Source: Azolla caroliniana
Lineage: Eukaryota > Plantae > Polypodiophyta
Direction: 5' to 3'
Assembly: GCA_043228905.1 (NCBI GenBank)
Contig: JBHGNT010000013.1
Location: 3,100,001-3,164,000, forward strand
DNA: 64,000 nt
Positions 44,152 to 64,000 of this stretch are shown here, one piece after another. Positions within the stretch are counted from its first letter, which is position 1; the number at the start of each line of letters is the position of its first letter. The notes beneath the pieces were generated by a model that saw nothing but the letters and a program-made list of their open reading frames with translations, did not search any database and was not told the origin of the DNA. The translations under genes and the position numbers were made by a program.

Positions 44152-44849
44152 GACTATAGTTCTTGTTAGCCAAGCACGTGCAATCCTCGTGAAACCTAAG
44201 GTATGACTCACATCAACACTCGATGGTATGGGTTATCGAGGAGATTCGGTTCTGTCTCATTCTATTGTTAAGGGTGGTTTGACACCCCTCTTCCCTTTCT
44301 TTGGTCAATAATTCCTTATATTTCACATACTAATTAGTTAACCTCTAACACAAATGGTTATCAACGTAGCACTGAAGTGGTGATGATCATTGTCGTCATA
44401 CCATCAAGGGCAAGGATGATATTTTATCATCCTTATACTATACATGTGCAATATGCTCATAGATAACAAGAACATAGACACTTTATGCTTTGTGGGAAAT
44501 GTTAAATATATATCATCTATTGGACTCATAGTACACTCAAACTTCATCAAATCAACATTATGTATGACCCCCAACCTAACACTCTTTGATGTCTTCATTT
44601 TTGAGATTAACAAACCTCATAAAGAACACCCAAAATAAGATTGGGGTGTTGCAATTATGGTTAAATATGTTCGTTGAAATGCACATAGTGGGGACGTTGA
44701 AGGATTGCTTGATAATAAATTAGGTGGCATGTGACGAAAGCTTTGCACTGCTAAGAGAAACCTTTCACCAAGGTTAGTGGGTACAATATTAGGAGTGTGA
44801 AGGTGCAACAAATTGTTCTAAATTCCCATATCCTTGCCACATGTATATG

Positions 44850-45610
44850 TGAACGGTCCAAATGATAAGACGTTGTGAAACTTGAACCAAACTGAACCAT
44901 GAAACCATTTAAACCGAACCATTACAAGAAATCCAAATCCTGACACCATTAAATCGTTAAAAGCGCAGTTGTGTGGTTCGGTTACAGTTTTTAAGTTATG
45001 TCAAATTTCAAATATTCACTTTAAAAATTATTTTTATAATTTTTCATTATTTCAAATTTTAATTTTTCAAAATTTTAAAGATTTTTCCTAAAATGTGAGG
45101 ATTAGGCTTAAAAATTAAAAGGTTATTTAAAAAAATATTTAAAAAAAATCAAATGGGAACCCTAAACCATCAAACAGTTTAAACAGTTTAAAGCACGATT
45201 TCAAACCATTAAAACTGAACCGAATCGAACCAAACTGTTCACCCCCCAACCAAACCGAAATGCTTAAATTGTTAAGCCGCGGTTTCGTGAAAGTTCAGAT
45301 ATTCAAATTTAAATTATAACAATTTTCATTATTTCAAATTAAAAATGTTCAAAAATTTAAAGTTTTTTCCTAAAATGGGAGAATTAGACTTAAAAATGAA
45401 AAGGTTGTTTAACAAAATAATCAACTAGCAGCCCTAAACCATTAAACTATTTAAAACTTTTAAAGCGCGATTTCAAACCGTCTAAACTGAACCGAACCAA
45501 AAACCAACTACTAAAAATAATTTGAACTTGAACCAAACCAAACCTTTTTTATCGTTAAGCCATGGTTTTGCGAATCGGTTCGGTTCAAACAGACAACCAT
45601 TTGTTAATGA
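44850..45610. mobile_element. Degenerate AACCG-rich hAT-MITE-like element with internal duplication
   Basis: Clusters of aaccgaacc/ggttcggtt motifs. 45040-45230 is similar to 45320-45500. Resembles the MITE at 34896-35407; ends not resolved. Confidence 0.6.
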
Positions 45611-46097
45611 CCGACAACCAACAAACTCTCTACTATTCAATGATCGAGTGAATTTTATAACATGCGCTTGCCGATTGTTAATGACAGGTGACAAACAACC
45701 AACGGACTCTCTTATACTACTACTACAACTCGATGACCGAGTGAAATTTATAACATGCCTTTCTGGGAGCAAGCTCGCGTTCGTTTCATTGGTTTTGTTG
45801 GCTTATAATCTCTGTGAGCTAGTAGATTAAAGAGTACAAAAAAATAAAATAAAACATTTAAGATTATTAACAGAAGAACAAAATAGAGAGGGAGGCTTTC
45901 AAAGATTATATACATATAACTTAGTACGTAATATTCGTGTTCGTTAGCCCAAACATTCGGCTTCATACGTTCGAAAAACGAATGCGTATGTTATTAAAAC
46001 ATTCTTGAGTTGTTTTTTTAAAACTTTTTTTACCTTAACTTTATTACCTTGGGAAATAAAATTACCTTATAATAAATAATGAGTGCAAAAGTATGGT

Positions 46098-46250
46098 ATT
46101 TACCATACGTCGAGGGTGTTTTTTTCATACGCGCATGATAAAAATGGTAGCGAATACGAATTCACGAATGGTTTTATTTACCATACTTCGAGGATGTTTT
46201 TCATACGCGAAGGATAAAGAATGTTAGAGAATGCGAATTCACGAATGGTG
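46098..46250. repeat. ~78-bp tandem duplication upstream of CDC48C
   Basis: atttaccatac.tcgagg.tgttttt...gaattcacgaatgg occurs twice. Confidence 0.75.
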
Positions 46251-46487
46251 CGTATGATATAAGCAGGAGAAGAAGAGTGGGCTACTTCTGTAAATTGGCC
46301 AAACTTTGAGGCCTAATACATAATCTAAAGAAAGACCTTCTTTCTCCTCTCTCCTCTGCTCTCCTCTTCCCAGGAACAGGGGAGAAGAACAGAGAGCATC
46401 CTCTCTGTTTCTCTCTGATCTCTGAGCTATGGTCTCTGATCTCTGAGCTCTGATCTCTGATCTCTGTGGTCTCTGCTTCCTCCTGCC

Positions 46488-53866
<7,379 letters not shown>

Positions 53867-56834
53867 CACGAACCATCACATGGAGTTGGATTATCCCGAT
53901 TCTTACATTATGGGCTTCTATGGGGCAAAAAAATAATGAGATTGCTTGAGAAAGTTCATCACGAATTCAAAGTCCACTTGGTGGAAAAAAACCCCTCCCT
54001 ATTTGAGGTTGTATATTAGTTGACACAGTTTTGGAGGAATACATGTCATGGTTTTCAGTGGATGAGATCTGATGTGATCTTATTGAGGACTGTACACATT
54101 AGCTGCATGCCTCAGCATCCTATTTTTGGTAAGCTCACACTTGTTTTCCAATTCAATTATATTCAAGGTTTGTACATGGAAGTCCTCAATGGAAGCTGAG
54201 TTGGACAATGATTAGATTCTATGGATTCTACCTGTGAGAGCGCTCGAGATTTTGATTTCTCATTCATTGAATGAATACTTTTTGGTTGAGCTGTATATTT
54301 CATTTCAGTTAATCCTTCTATGCGTTCGTGGATCAACATTGGCATTTTTTGCGCATTCAGATGCATTTATGTTTAGAAATTAATTATGGCATGTTTGCAT
54401 GATAGTAATGTACAGGCAATGGGTGTGAAGCATCCGTTATGATCTGCCGAAGGACATACTGTAATTTATCCCATTGAGCTTCCCCTTTGTAATTACTATC
54501 GATCATGGGCTCGCCTTGCTACGAGTCCCACCTCCATCGTCACTATTTTGAAGTTGTCTCCATGAGGGCATGGAGCAACAAGCAATTAACTGAGAAATTG
54601 TCCACAGATTTTGGGTGTTGGCTACACTAGAGCCTATAGGATATCCTTGAACTTGCTAGGGTTCATGGTACTACCATCTTTGGTTAGCGTATGCCCTGAT
54701 AAGCACTTCATTTAGATGAGACTCAAGTGGGCTATTTTGCAGTTCTCAAGAAAAACTATCAATTGTAATGGATGGCTCCCAATTGTGTTGAACATGGAGA
54801 AGTGAGGTAGAAAGACCTACATAAATGTGTTCTAACATAATGCTCTAAGCATTTCCATAATGATTTGTTTGAAAAGTAGTTGACATAGTCCTTGCATTGG
54901 GTAGCAACATAGAGGTGGCGAGACCAATTTAAATGTCTTTTGTCAATGAGTAGGGCCTTGGTATGACAAGACATTTTGATATGACACGTGTGAAGGAAGA
55001 AAAGTACCAAAAACTCTTTCTTTGCGATAGGCTGTGATTATGGTTGTAATGATTGCTACAATAGAAAAAAAGAGAGGAGAAGAAGATTGAATCAACAACA
55101 CTAACCATGAGAATGAAAGGGTTAAGGGTTTAGTACTTGCTAAAGGTGATATTAAAGGGTAAAAGATGAACAAAGTCACCAACTCGGACTAGCTTCCATT
55201 GGTTTGCATAAGGTCATTGCAAGTTATTAATAACACAAGGGTTAGGCTCGTAACTTATAATGATAGAGATGATTAATGAGAGAGAGGGTTAAGGGAGTTA
55301 TGCCAAATGAGGAAGAACCCTTATAAAAGGTTTACATGTACACCATGTAATTCTTCCTTATTTGACTAAATTACAACTATGTTTGTACCTCTCACACTTG
55401 GGGGAACAGAAAGGTTTATAAGCTCTATCTTCCTTTACAATGTTAGGCTCTCTATTGCCTTAATGTATCCTAGAATGAATACACAACACCTCGCTTAATC
55501 ATGTCTTCCTTTGGGGTTAGTGTGGACATTTCCAAAGTTGTTGAAACTAGGGGTTGAACAACAATGGTCCTTCATCAGGGAGCTTGTACATTACATGGAA
55601 GAACTGGTGTGTTTCCTTCAAAGAGGTTTTCCAATGAAACATTTGTAGGAAATAGATGTAGGCAATATCAAAGGTAAGGAAGTGCCACCGTTTGGCATGT
55701 TGATATTCTAGTGATAGCCTACACAAGGGAGTCCTTTGAACTCGGTCATTTAGAGATGTGGTTCTCGTGTTAGGTTTATGAGGAAGGGAATGAGATGGGT
55801 GTCCACTTCCTTTTCGTTAGTATTTGGGGTTGGGGCATGATGTGCCTTCTTCCTCAAGAGAAAACAAGTACAACTAGTGTTAGCAAGTGATCTTTGTGGT
55901 AGGGTTTTTTTGCTGTCTCTAGGGGTGCAATAGGGTCAGACATGACCTCCAATGGTGGCGATGTGGTGTTTTTGTTGGAGATGCTCATCATGTATAGGAT
56001 ATTATATAATGATTTGTATAGGTGTTGATGATAGAGGAGAGATCATGACTCCATCACTTGCAGTCATTCTTCCTTAACTACTTTTTGTCTCTTTAATTAG
56101 CTAAAATTAAGGTATCTTTCTACATCCTAGCAGGTGACTAATATTGAAATGACAAAATTGTTCAATTGTTTTATTTTATGAGTAGCTATGACCATTCAAA
56201 TTACCAAAGGCCTTAATACATAGGGTTCAATTACAAAAGCTCATCAGATAGGATTAAGAATCCCTAACCTTCAAAGTAATAAGGAGTCACAAACTTGAGT
56301 ATTTAAGGTACCTTGCCCAACAACTTAAATCACAAGATGTACTTTCACGCATGTTATCCTACTTGAGTTTCATAAACAATATATTGTCTCGTCCTAAATA
56401 ACAACATGCACAACCCCCAACATCAAGATGTATTTACAAAAAAAACTTGCATAAATTTCTTGTAAATTAAGCAATAAGGTGGTTCTCTAACATGTGCATT
56501 TTTGGGAACATAATTGAAGTGGTGGCCATTTTGTTAGCTCTTGTGAAGGTTCAGATATACCTAAGGGTAATGTATATGGAAAAACTTATTTACATGTGTG
56601 ACAAAATGTTCGGAGAGATGAAAGTATAGTTTTTATGTGGAATTGTCATTATGGTTTTCTAATTGTTTACACTCTACAAATAATTCATAAACAGTAGTCA
56701 ACCTTCATAGGTTATTCTATTTCAATATTGTCTTTGAAGAAACAAGTTTGGTCTTATTGATGAGAAAAGATGGACATAAGCATTTTGTGGCCATGACAAT
56801 TATTTTGTGTTTCCACTTATGCATACAAATAAAC

Positions 56835-58777
56835 TTTTTTTTTTCCCAAAATGAAGCTACTTTCCCATTAGTTAGGGAGGATTATTACAAAGAGAATGTA
56901 CAAGGAGGCTTATACATAGATCGGGGAATCTCCCTCCGATCAAGTTCAAGAAAATGAGACTAGTTACATTGCCTTTCAGACTGACTACTTAATGTAAGTA
57001 CCTATAGCTCAAAACGGTGCCCTTCAGTGTTGCTTAGTACGAGACAACTCTTGGGGCCAACAACGAAGGGAGGGTGGTAAGTGAGTCGGAACCAGCCAAC
57101 GTGGGGGCTGGTAGTTCCACCTCGGGCCACTTCCTCCTTGTGTCTCCATAGGTGTGTTCTGCCATTTCTGCCAAAAGCGCAAACGTTCAGTGACCACGTC
57201 ATTGGAATGGTTGCAAACCTCGTCCAATTGCCCTCGTAGGCAGTTGATAAGCACAAACCATATGTCCATGATCACTTCCTCTGGGGGGCTGCACCAGATC
57301 TTGAAAGACCATTAGGCATTGCGCTTTCCATACATACCACAGGGTGAAGCCTGCGATCATCATGCAAATTTCTAGGAACCTAGGGGATGCGAACTGCAAG
57401 CGTCTCTCAAATCGAATCTTGGCGATTTTGCCTCTCATGCATACGTAGCACCAACTATCCGCATTGAAGGCGTCCATCTACCTATCAACGGAGTGATCAA
57501 TCCATGCCGCAACACTCCACGATGTTGTTCCTTCCACTTCACATGCCGCAAGGAGGCGAGTCACTCTATCCCATACCTTTTGAGCTTGAGAGCAATCCCA
57601 CAGACAATGCCTCAAAGTCTCAAAAGGTGAATGGCAAAGTGGGCAGCCTAACGGGCCGCCACGTTTACCTAGCCATTCGCCAACGGGAACCACATTATGA
57701 CTGATTTGCCACCAAACTTTATCTTTTCCGGCATGTGGAGATGCTAGAGACCCTTCCAAAAGGTAATGAGCACCTCATCAAGGATGCCCAATGTACGCCA
57801 ACCATTGCGTAAGGGGCCGTCTAGCTGCAGTTGAAAAGTCCGGCCCAGTTTAGTGTTGTACTCGAAGAAATGGCGAAATCTGCCATCATGTTTCCAGCTA
57901 AAATCCCTTGGGTCCCATTCTAGTTCGACGAGGGGATGACAACCATATACCCATAACTTCCAATGGGGTTCCACCTTAGCAACATCCGAGTTTGTCTTCC
58001 AGATGTTATCAACCTACGCCACCACATGGATTGGGTGCCAAGAGCCCCTACTTTAACTCTCCCCAAAAATTGTATCTCTTCCTGATCCGCTCACGCCCTT
58101 CAACAACTTAACCCTTCCAACCTCATCAAAGAGACCGAACCAAGCATCTTCTCTCACTTCCCCCATCGGAACCCTATCAACTGCCTCAACTATCAATCTC
58201 CGCATTTTCATGGCTCCCTTGAGGGGAGGGAATGGGACCTCATGGGCTCCTCCTAAAGCCACTGTGCGTCTCCAATCATCTATAGAGTGGAGCCATGTTT
58301 GCGCCAGCTTTCCCCATGCTAGGCCCTTAAGCTTCCCTAACATCATGTTGTCACTTGTTCACACCTGAGGGTTCCAAAATAATGGTTGTCTAGACCACTT
58401 GATTAGTGTCTTCGGCGTGTGCTTGACCAAATGATGTCGTACGTGACACCATGCCCACAAGATGGAGTTCGTGACCCTCTCCTCCGGATGACAAACCATC
58501 TTGGGTGGGACTCCGCTCATGCAACACCAATTCAAGGAGTCAGGCAAAGGCCTACCATACTTGGGAGTCCCTGCCTGCAACCTATTGCGAAGTAGAACCT
58601 TCCAACACCGCTTACCTGGCAGGAGGCATCGAACCACCATTTTGGCTAGCAATGCTCGGCTCTGCATTAAGGGGTCTATGAGGCCAAGCCCCCCTTTGGC
58701 CTGCGGTTGTGTTAACCAATGCCATGACACTCTGGCGGCAACCATCGAGCTGTCCTTACCTAACCATATAAACCCCA
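56835..58777 (-). mobile_element. 3' part of an L1-like LINE ORF2 with poly(A) tail
   Basis: VSWHWLTQPQAKGGLGLID, zf-RVT CPLCHSPFETLRHCLWDC, LWYVWKA. T10 at 56835-56844 is the minus-strand poly(A). Interrupted by the Copia at 58778. Confidence 0.85.
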
Positions 58778-59163
58778 TGTAAAAAGTAGCGTGCGGAAGC
58801 AAGTATGAAGACAGAACAGAAGGAAGGAGATTCAGATTCAATGGAGAGCTTGGGCTTACACGGTATACGCAGGAGAGACAGAGAGAGAAACACAAAAAAC
58901 TATATTCAACAATAATACTCAGTCTGTACATAAGACGTGCTCAGTGAACACTTTTATACAAGTCCTAGAAGGACTGACCGAAGTACTGACAGTACTTCAA
59001 TGCTCATCAAGAGCTCCTACACTAACTCCCAAATATATTCCTCACGGAATATCTTCCCTAACAGCCTCCCGGTTTACGCACTCGGCCTAACCGATCGGTC
59101 CCAACCGATCCGGTCCTCGGCTTCTTCAGCTGATCCAGCCGATGTTGACCTTGTCTCTCAACA
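58778..59163 (-). repeat. 3' LTR of the young Copia (386 bp)
   Basis: TGTAAAA...TCAACA, directly adjacent to the PPT ctccccctcaag. Expected TSD is CCCCA (58773-58777). Confidence 0.85.
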
Positions 59164-62100
59164 CTCCCCCTCAAGCTCAACTCGAGGCTCTTCGGGATCC
59201 TCGGGCTCACAGCTCTGGTTCCTCCTGGCTTCACACCTCGCTCGCGCTCCTCGACCTGTTCGACTCCGCGTGCTTCGACCCTTCTGGTCGGCTTGTCTGC
59301 TTATGCGGCCCTTATCAGCTCTTCTGTTGTTGCGGTGTTGACGCTTCTCCTGCTGCCTTTTCTTCCGCTTGGGCCTCGGTTGATTCAGCGTGTCTGAATC
59401 AAACATCCGAACCGACTCGACTACCTCCAATCGGTTTTCGCTCTCGTCCGAGTTGGCTGTCTCCAACTCGTCTTCGGTCATCTCGCCCTCGATGGCGTCA
59501 TCTCGCCCTCGATGGCGTCATCTTCCCCATGCATGGTTGACTTCGGCTCTCTCCTTCGGTTGCTCCCCTTCTGTCTGCTTCCGAACTTTTTCGCGGGTCC
59601 GCCCTCGGCTTCTTCAGCCGATCCGAAGTCGAACTCGACAACCGAGTCAACCGACTCGGTGGTGTCGCGGTCTCCGCTCCTTTCCTGCTGCCTTGCTTGG
59701 TCATTCGGGACTGTTCTCCCCCTCAAGTTTGGCACGTCGAGGTGACGCAATCCGAGCGCACCTGAGAATTGCCGCAACTTGTCCAGACCAAGAGGCTTGG
59801 TGAAGATGTCGGCAGTCTGCCGATCCGTCGGAACGTACTGAAGTTCGACTTCACCGGAAAGGACACGCTCATGGACGAAATGGTAGTGCACCTCAATGTG
59901 CTTGGTCTGGGCGTGGAAAACGGGGTTTTTCGCGAGCTGGATGCTGCTAAGGTTGTCGCAGTAGATCGTCGTCGGATCTGACACCTCCTCTTGCAGGTCC
60001 TTAAGCAGCCGCTTCAACCATATGGCTTCGCATGTCGCGACAGCCGCTCCTCGGTACTCCGCTTCGGTGCTCGATAGTGCAACTGTCGGCTGCTTCTTAC
60101 TGCTCCACGCGATCGCAGCACTCCCGAGGGAGAACGCGTATCCGGACGTGGATCGGCGATCGGCGGCGTTGCCAGCCCAATCAGCATCGGTGTAGCTAAC
60201 TAACTGCGCGGCTGCACCGGTCCGATATAGCAGTCCTCGGTCCTTAGTGCCACTTACGTATCGCAGTATGCGTTGCGCACACTGAAGGTGCTCCTCGGTA
60301 GGTCGCGCCATGAATTGACTGATCACCCCGACCGGATAACTGAGGTCGGGTCGGGTGATGGTCAAGTATATGAGGCTTCCGACAATTTGTCGGAACCTCG
60401 TCAGGTTGCATATCTTTCCCGTATCGGGACGAAGCTTGATGGTTCTGTCCAGAGGAGTCGAGACGGACTACAGTCGGCCATCCTGAATTTGAAGAGCATA
60501 CTCAGTACGTAATGACGTTGGCTGATCAATATGCCTTCAGGGGTACGGATCACTTCGATCCCGAGGAAGTAATGAAGGTCCCCCAAATCCTTCATGTCGA
60601 ACGATGCCGCAAGCTGAAGCTTCACGCAGTCGATTTCTCCTAGGTCGGCGCCGGTGATGACCAAGTCATCAACATATAGCAAAATACTAACTGGTCCGAG
60701 TCGACCTTTCCGGATGAACAGGGAAGAGTCCAATTTTGACGTGACGAAGCCCATCCGACGCAGTTGTTGCGTGATCTTCGCATTCCAGGCACGCGGGGCT
60801 TGCTTCAGTCCGTAAAGGGACTTCTTCAGTCGGCATACTGCCGAGGAGTTCGTTCCGGAGTGAAATCCGGGGGGTTGTACCATGTACACCTGTTCCTCAA
60901 GGTCACCTTGCAAGAACACATTCTTTACATCCATCCGATGTAAGTGCCACCCCTTCGCCGCAGCTACTGTGAGTAAAACACGGACGGTCGTCATTTTCGC
61001 GACCGGCGCAAACGTCTCATCGTAGTCGATGTTGTGTTTCTGCGCATAGCCCTTTGCCACTAGCCAAGCCTTATATCGGTTGACCGAGCCATCGGTGTTG
61101 TACTTGACCTTGTACACCCACCTACACCTGATCGGCTTCACACCCTTCGGTGCGTCAACCAGGTCCCAGGTCTCGTTCTCCGCCAATGCGTGCATCTCTT
61201 CCTCCATTGCGGCACGCCAATTCACGTCTTTAGCCGCTTCTGCGTAGCTCTCCGGCTCATGCACTTCCACTACACAGGTCATGTACGCATAATGATACGC
61301 CATGTACTCGTTGTATCCGAACCACACAACTGGGTTCTTCTGGCGGGTAGATCGACGTAATCTCACATTAGCCGATGTCGAGGCCTTCTCGGTCAACGCG
61401 GTCTTCAGCTTTAAAGACCCGTCACCGGTTCCCTCGGAGTCGGACTCGCGTCGGTCTGACTCGTTCCTTTCTGTGCCGGAATCCGACACCTTCTTCTTCC
61501 CTTTCTCTTTGCGCGTAAGCCGTCTCCTCGGCTTCTTGCGCGGCGAATGCACGGCCGAGTCTCCACTACTCTCCGGCTCTTCATCGGACTGGTCGTACCG
61601 ACTCAGTCGTCCAATCGGTCCACTTAACCGGAGTGAAATCAGACTCTCTTCGCGGGTCTCGATTTCGGGCTCATCCGGAGGCATCTCGGTCTCGCTGACC
61701 TCATCGTCAGAGCTCGGATTGGAGTCGAGGTTCGTAGTCGAGGGCAGGTACCAGGATGCAGACTCGTCAAACACAACGTCGCGGCTGACACGCGCTTGTT
61801 TGGTGCGAGGGTTATAACACTTATAACCCTTCTGCTCGTCCGAGTAACCGACCAAGATGCATTTCTCGGCCTTTGCGTCCAGCTTCCTCCTTTTCTCCTT
61901 CGGTATATGCACATACACAATGCTACCGAACACGCTCAAGTGTTGCAAGTTCGACTTCGTTCCGAAATATAGCTCGTGCGCCGACACTTTGTCTCCAATC
62001 CGGTTCTAGATGTATACCGCGGTCCTTACCGCCTTGGCCAAGTAGAACTTGGGCAAGCTCTTCTCCTCCAGCATTGCCCATGCCACTTCCACAACTAACC

Positions 62101-64000
62101 GATTCTTCCTCTCGGCCACGCCGTTCTGCTCTAGCGTGTATCTACAACTGAATTCGCGCCGAATTCCCATTTGTTGTAGATAACCGTTGAATTGACCGGA
62201 AAAGTACTCTTTCCCACCATCCGACCGCAGGCACTTGATCTTCCGTCCCGTTTCCGTTTCCACGAACCCTTTGAGGTCACGGAAACAGTCGAAGACTTCG
62301 CTCTTCCTCTCAATGAGGTAGATCCACGTGTGCCGCGTGTGGTCGTCGATGAAGGAGACGAAATATCGGCTCCCGCCAAGACTAACGTTTTGTGTCGGCC
62401 CCCATACATCGGAGTGTATAAGGTCGAGCTTGTTCCGGCTCCGGTTTCGCTCGTTGGGGAAAGGAAGTCGGTGTTGCTTCCCGAGCTGGCAGGCTTCACA
62501 AATTTGTGCCTTTCGGCCACTAAATTTGGGCAATCCGAACACTACCTGTTTCGATTGCAGGTCTTGAAGCCTCTGGTGGTTGACGTGGCCTATCCGCTTG
62601 TGCCACAAGTCGATGTCCGACTCGGCTTTTTGTCCCTTCGCGAACATTGTGGTGCCGCCGTCAGTGGAGTCGAGGATGAACATCCTCCCGTCTCTGCGCC
62701 CTTGCGCAATCACACGGCCTTCTTCCTCAATGAAGCACCCGAGGTGTGTAAACCGAACCTCCATCCCTTGGTCGACGATCTGTCCGACCGAGACCAAGTT
62801 CTTCGTGATTGTCGGGACGTGAAACACGTTCATGAGTTTCCCTTTCTGCCCGACATGGCTAAGGGGAACTTCTCCGACATTCGCGATCGGATGCGGAGTG
62901 TCGTCTCCTGTTGCGACTACTCCAGGTTGTATCGGTTTTTCAAGGTACGAGAACCACTCCTTATGGCTCGTCATGTGGTTTGACGCACCGGAGTCTACGT
63001 ACCACACCTCGTCCGATCTCGGGGTGCTTTGTTTCATTGAGTTTGCTTCGTGTCTCGTCACGAAGACAGACCCTTCTCCGGCTCTCCCGGAGTCTTCGGC
63101 GTAGTGCGATCGCTGCCGATTTCCCTTGTCGGTATGTCCGGAGCTATTTCCGGAACCGGTTCTCTCCAAATCGGCATGCTTCTTCCAGCACTCGCTTTCC
63201 CTGTGGCCTTTCTTGCCACAGTACCAGCACTCCGCGATGGCCTTCCCTTGCCGGTTCTCATCGCTTCGACTCCCCCTGTTTCCAGAGGGTCCGGAGTTGC
63301 TGTCGGCATCACCTCGGTGCCTTCTTCCTTGATCTCGTCGGCCGCCTTCATTGCGCCCCGACTCGCCTCGTCCTCCACGTCCACGGGGCCTATCTCGCTC
63401 CGTGTATAGCATTCTGCTGTCGGTGTGCGTGCTCGTCGACGCACCCGCGTGGTTCTCCTCTACCAGGAGCATCGACTGTAAGTCGAAAAAGGACGGCGTA
63501 TTCTCCCGGGTATACACAGCCGTTCGGAACGCTCCGAACTTCAACACCAAACCTCCGAGACAGATCTGGACCATCTCGCTCTCCTCGATGTTCACCTCTA
63601 TGGAGGCGAGGGAGTCGCAGATATCCTTGATCTTCGAGGTATAGTCCGCCACCGACAAGTCGCGTTGTCGTAGGTTGCTCAACTCCTGTCGGAGCTGAAG
63701 CTTCCTGGCTGTGGTGCTCGCGGCGAAAATCTTCCTCAGATTTTCCCACGCACCCTTCGGCGTCTTTGCATCCCGAACATAGCTCAATAGTTGTTCGCCC
63801 ACACACGATGCGAAGTAGTATAATACCCTGCTCGCCAATTGCTCCCACGACGGGAAGTCTCTGTGTGTCGATTCGGGTGCCGCGTCATTAGCTCCTTCAA
63901 CATAACTCCAGTAGTCGTGTCCGAGCAAGTACTGGTGCATCTTGTAGGACCAAGACGCGTAGTTGGTTCTGTCGAGCTTCTCTGTTGGAAGCGAGCTCGC
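58778..64000 (-). mobile_element. Relatively young Ty1/Copia element running off the window end
   Basis: gag, CWYCGKKGHRESEC, WYVDSGAS, LWHKRIGH, LRSDGGKEY, EQNGVAER, LLYVDDL, TDADWAG, TKHIEV. One in-frame stop (62006-62008) and a frameshift near 60460. PPT at 59164-59175. CpG-rich. Confidence 0.96.

Larger units (their letters stand above)
37290..44350 (-). mobile_element. Truncated second Copia (5' LTR, gag, PR) whose 5' LTR is split by the Penelope-like element
   Basis: Minus-strand gag (MQNYLIVKGQ, LWETFVTTV), CCHC knuckle (~37780-37820), protease WLLDSG (~37585-37600), NxISIRQLD. LTR halves inferred at ~38854-39198 and 44152-44350 (tgataaca...ctctaaca). Confidence 0.75.

Noticed and set aside
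61302-63848. Multiple long overlapping alternative-frame and antisense ORFs
   Set aside because: Shadows of the GC-rich Copia gag-pol.

Overview
Land-plant nuclear DNA; the style suggests a seed-free plant such as a fern, but that is an inference. I can reconstruct three spliced host genes: a BAM2-type beta-amylase (minus, 9 exons, ~533 aa), an AVT6/SLC38-type amino-acid transporter (minus, 5 exons, ~441 aa) and a CDC48C/NVL/Rix7-type double-AAA ATPase (plus, 10 exons, ~914 aa). They sit among nested transposons: two L1-like LINE remnants, three Copia elements, a Gypsy chromovirus remnant with internal inversions, several solo LTRs and hAT-type MITEs. The most striking object is a ~4.95 kb Penelope-like retroelement (39199-44151). 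It has no visible GIY-YIG endonuclease and is flanked by two ~400 bp direct repeats, each carrying a minimal type-I hammerhead ribozyme with a palindromic stem III. It is inserted in a Copia LTR, about 2.3 kb from a housekeeping gene. Other points of interest are tRNA-like A/B-box cassettes inside LTRs, and a Copia pol with a long charged C-terminal extension lying between two identical polypurine tracts. All calls were made by eye, with no database searches, so boundaries may be off by a few bases.
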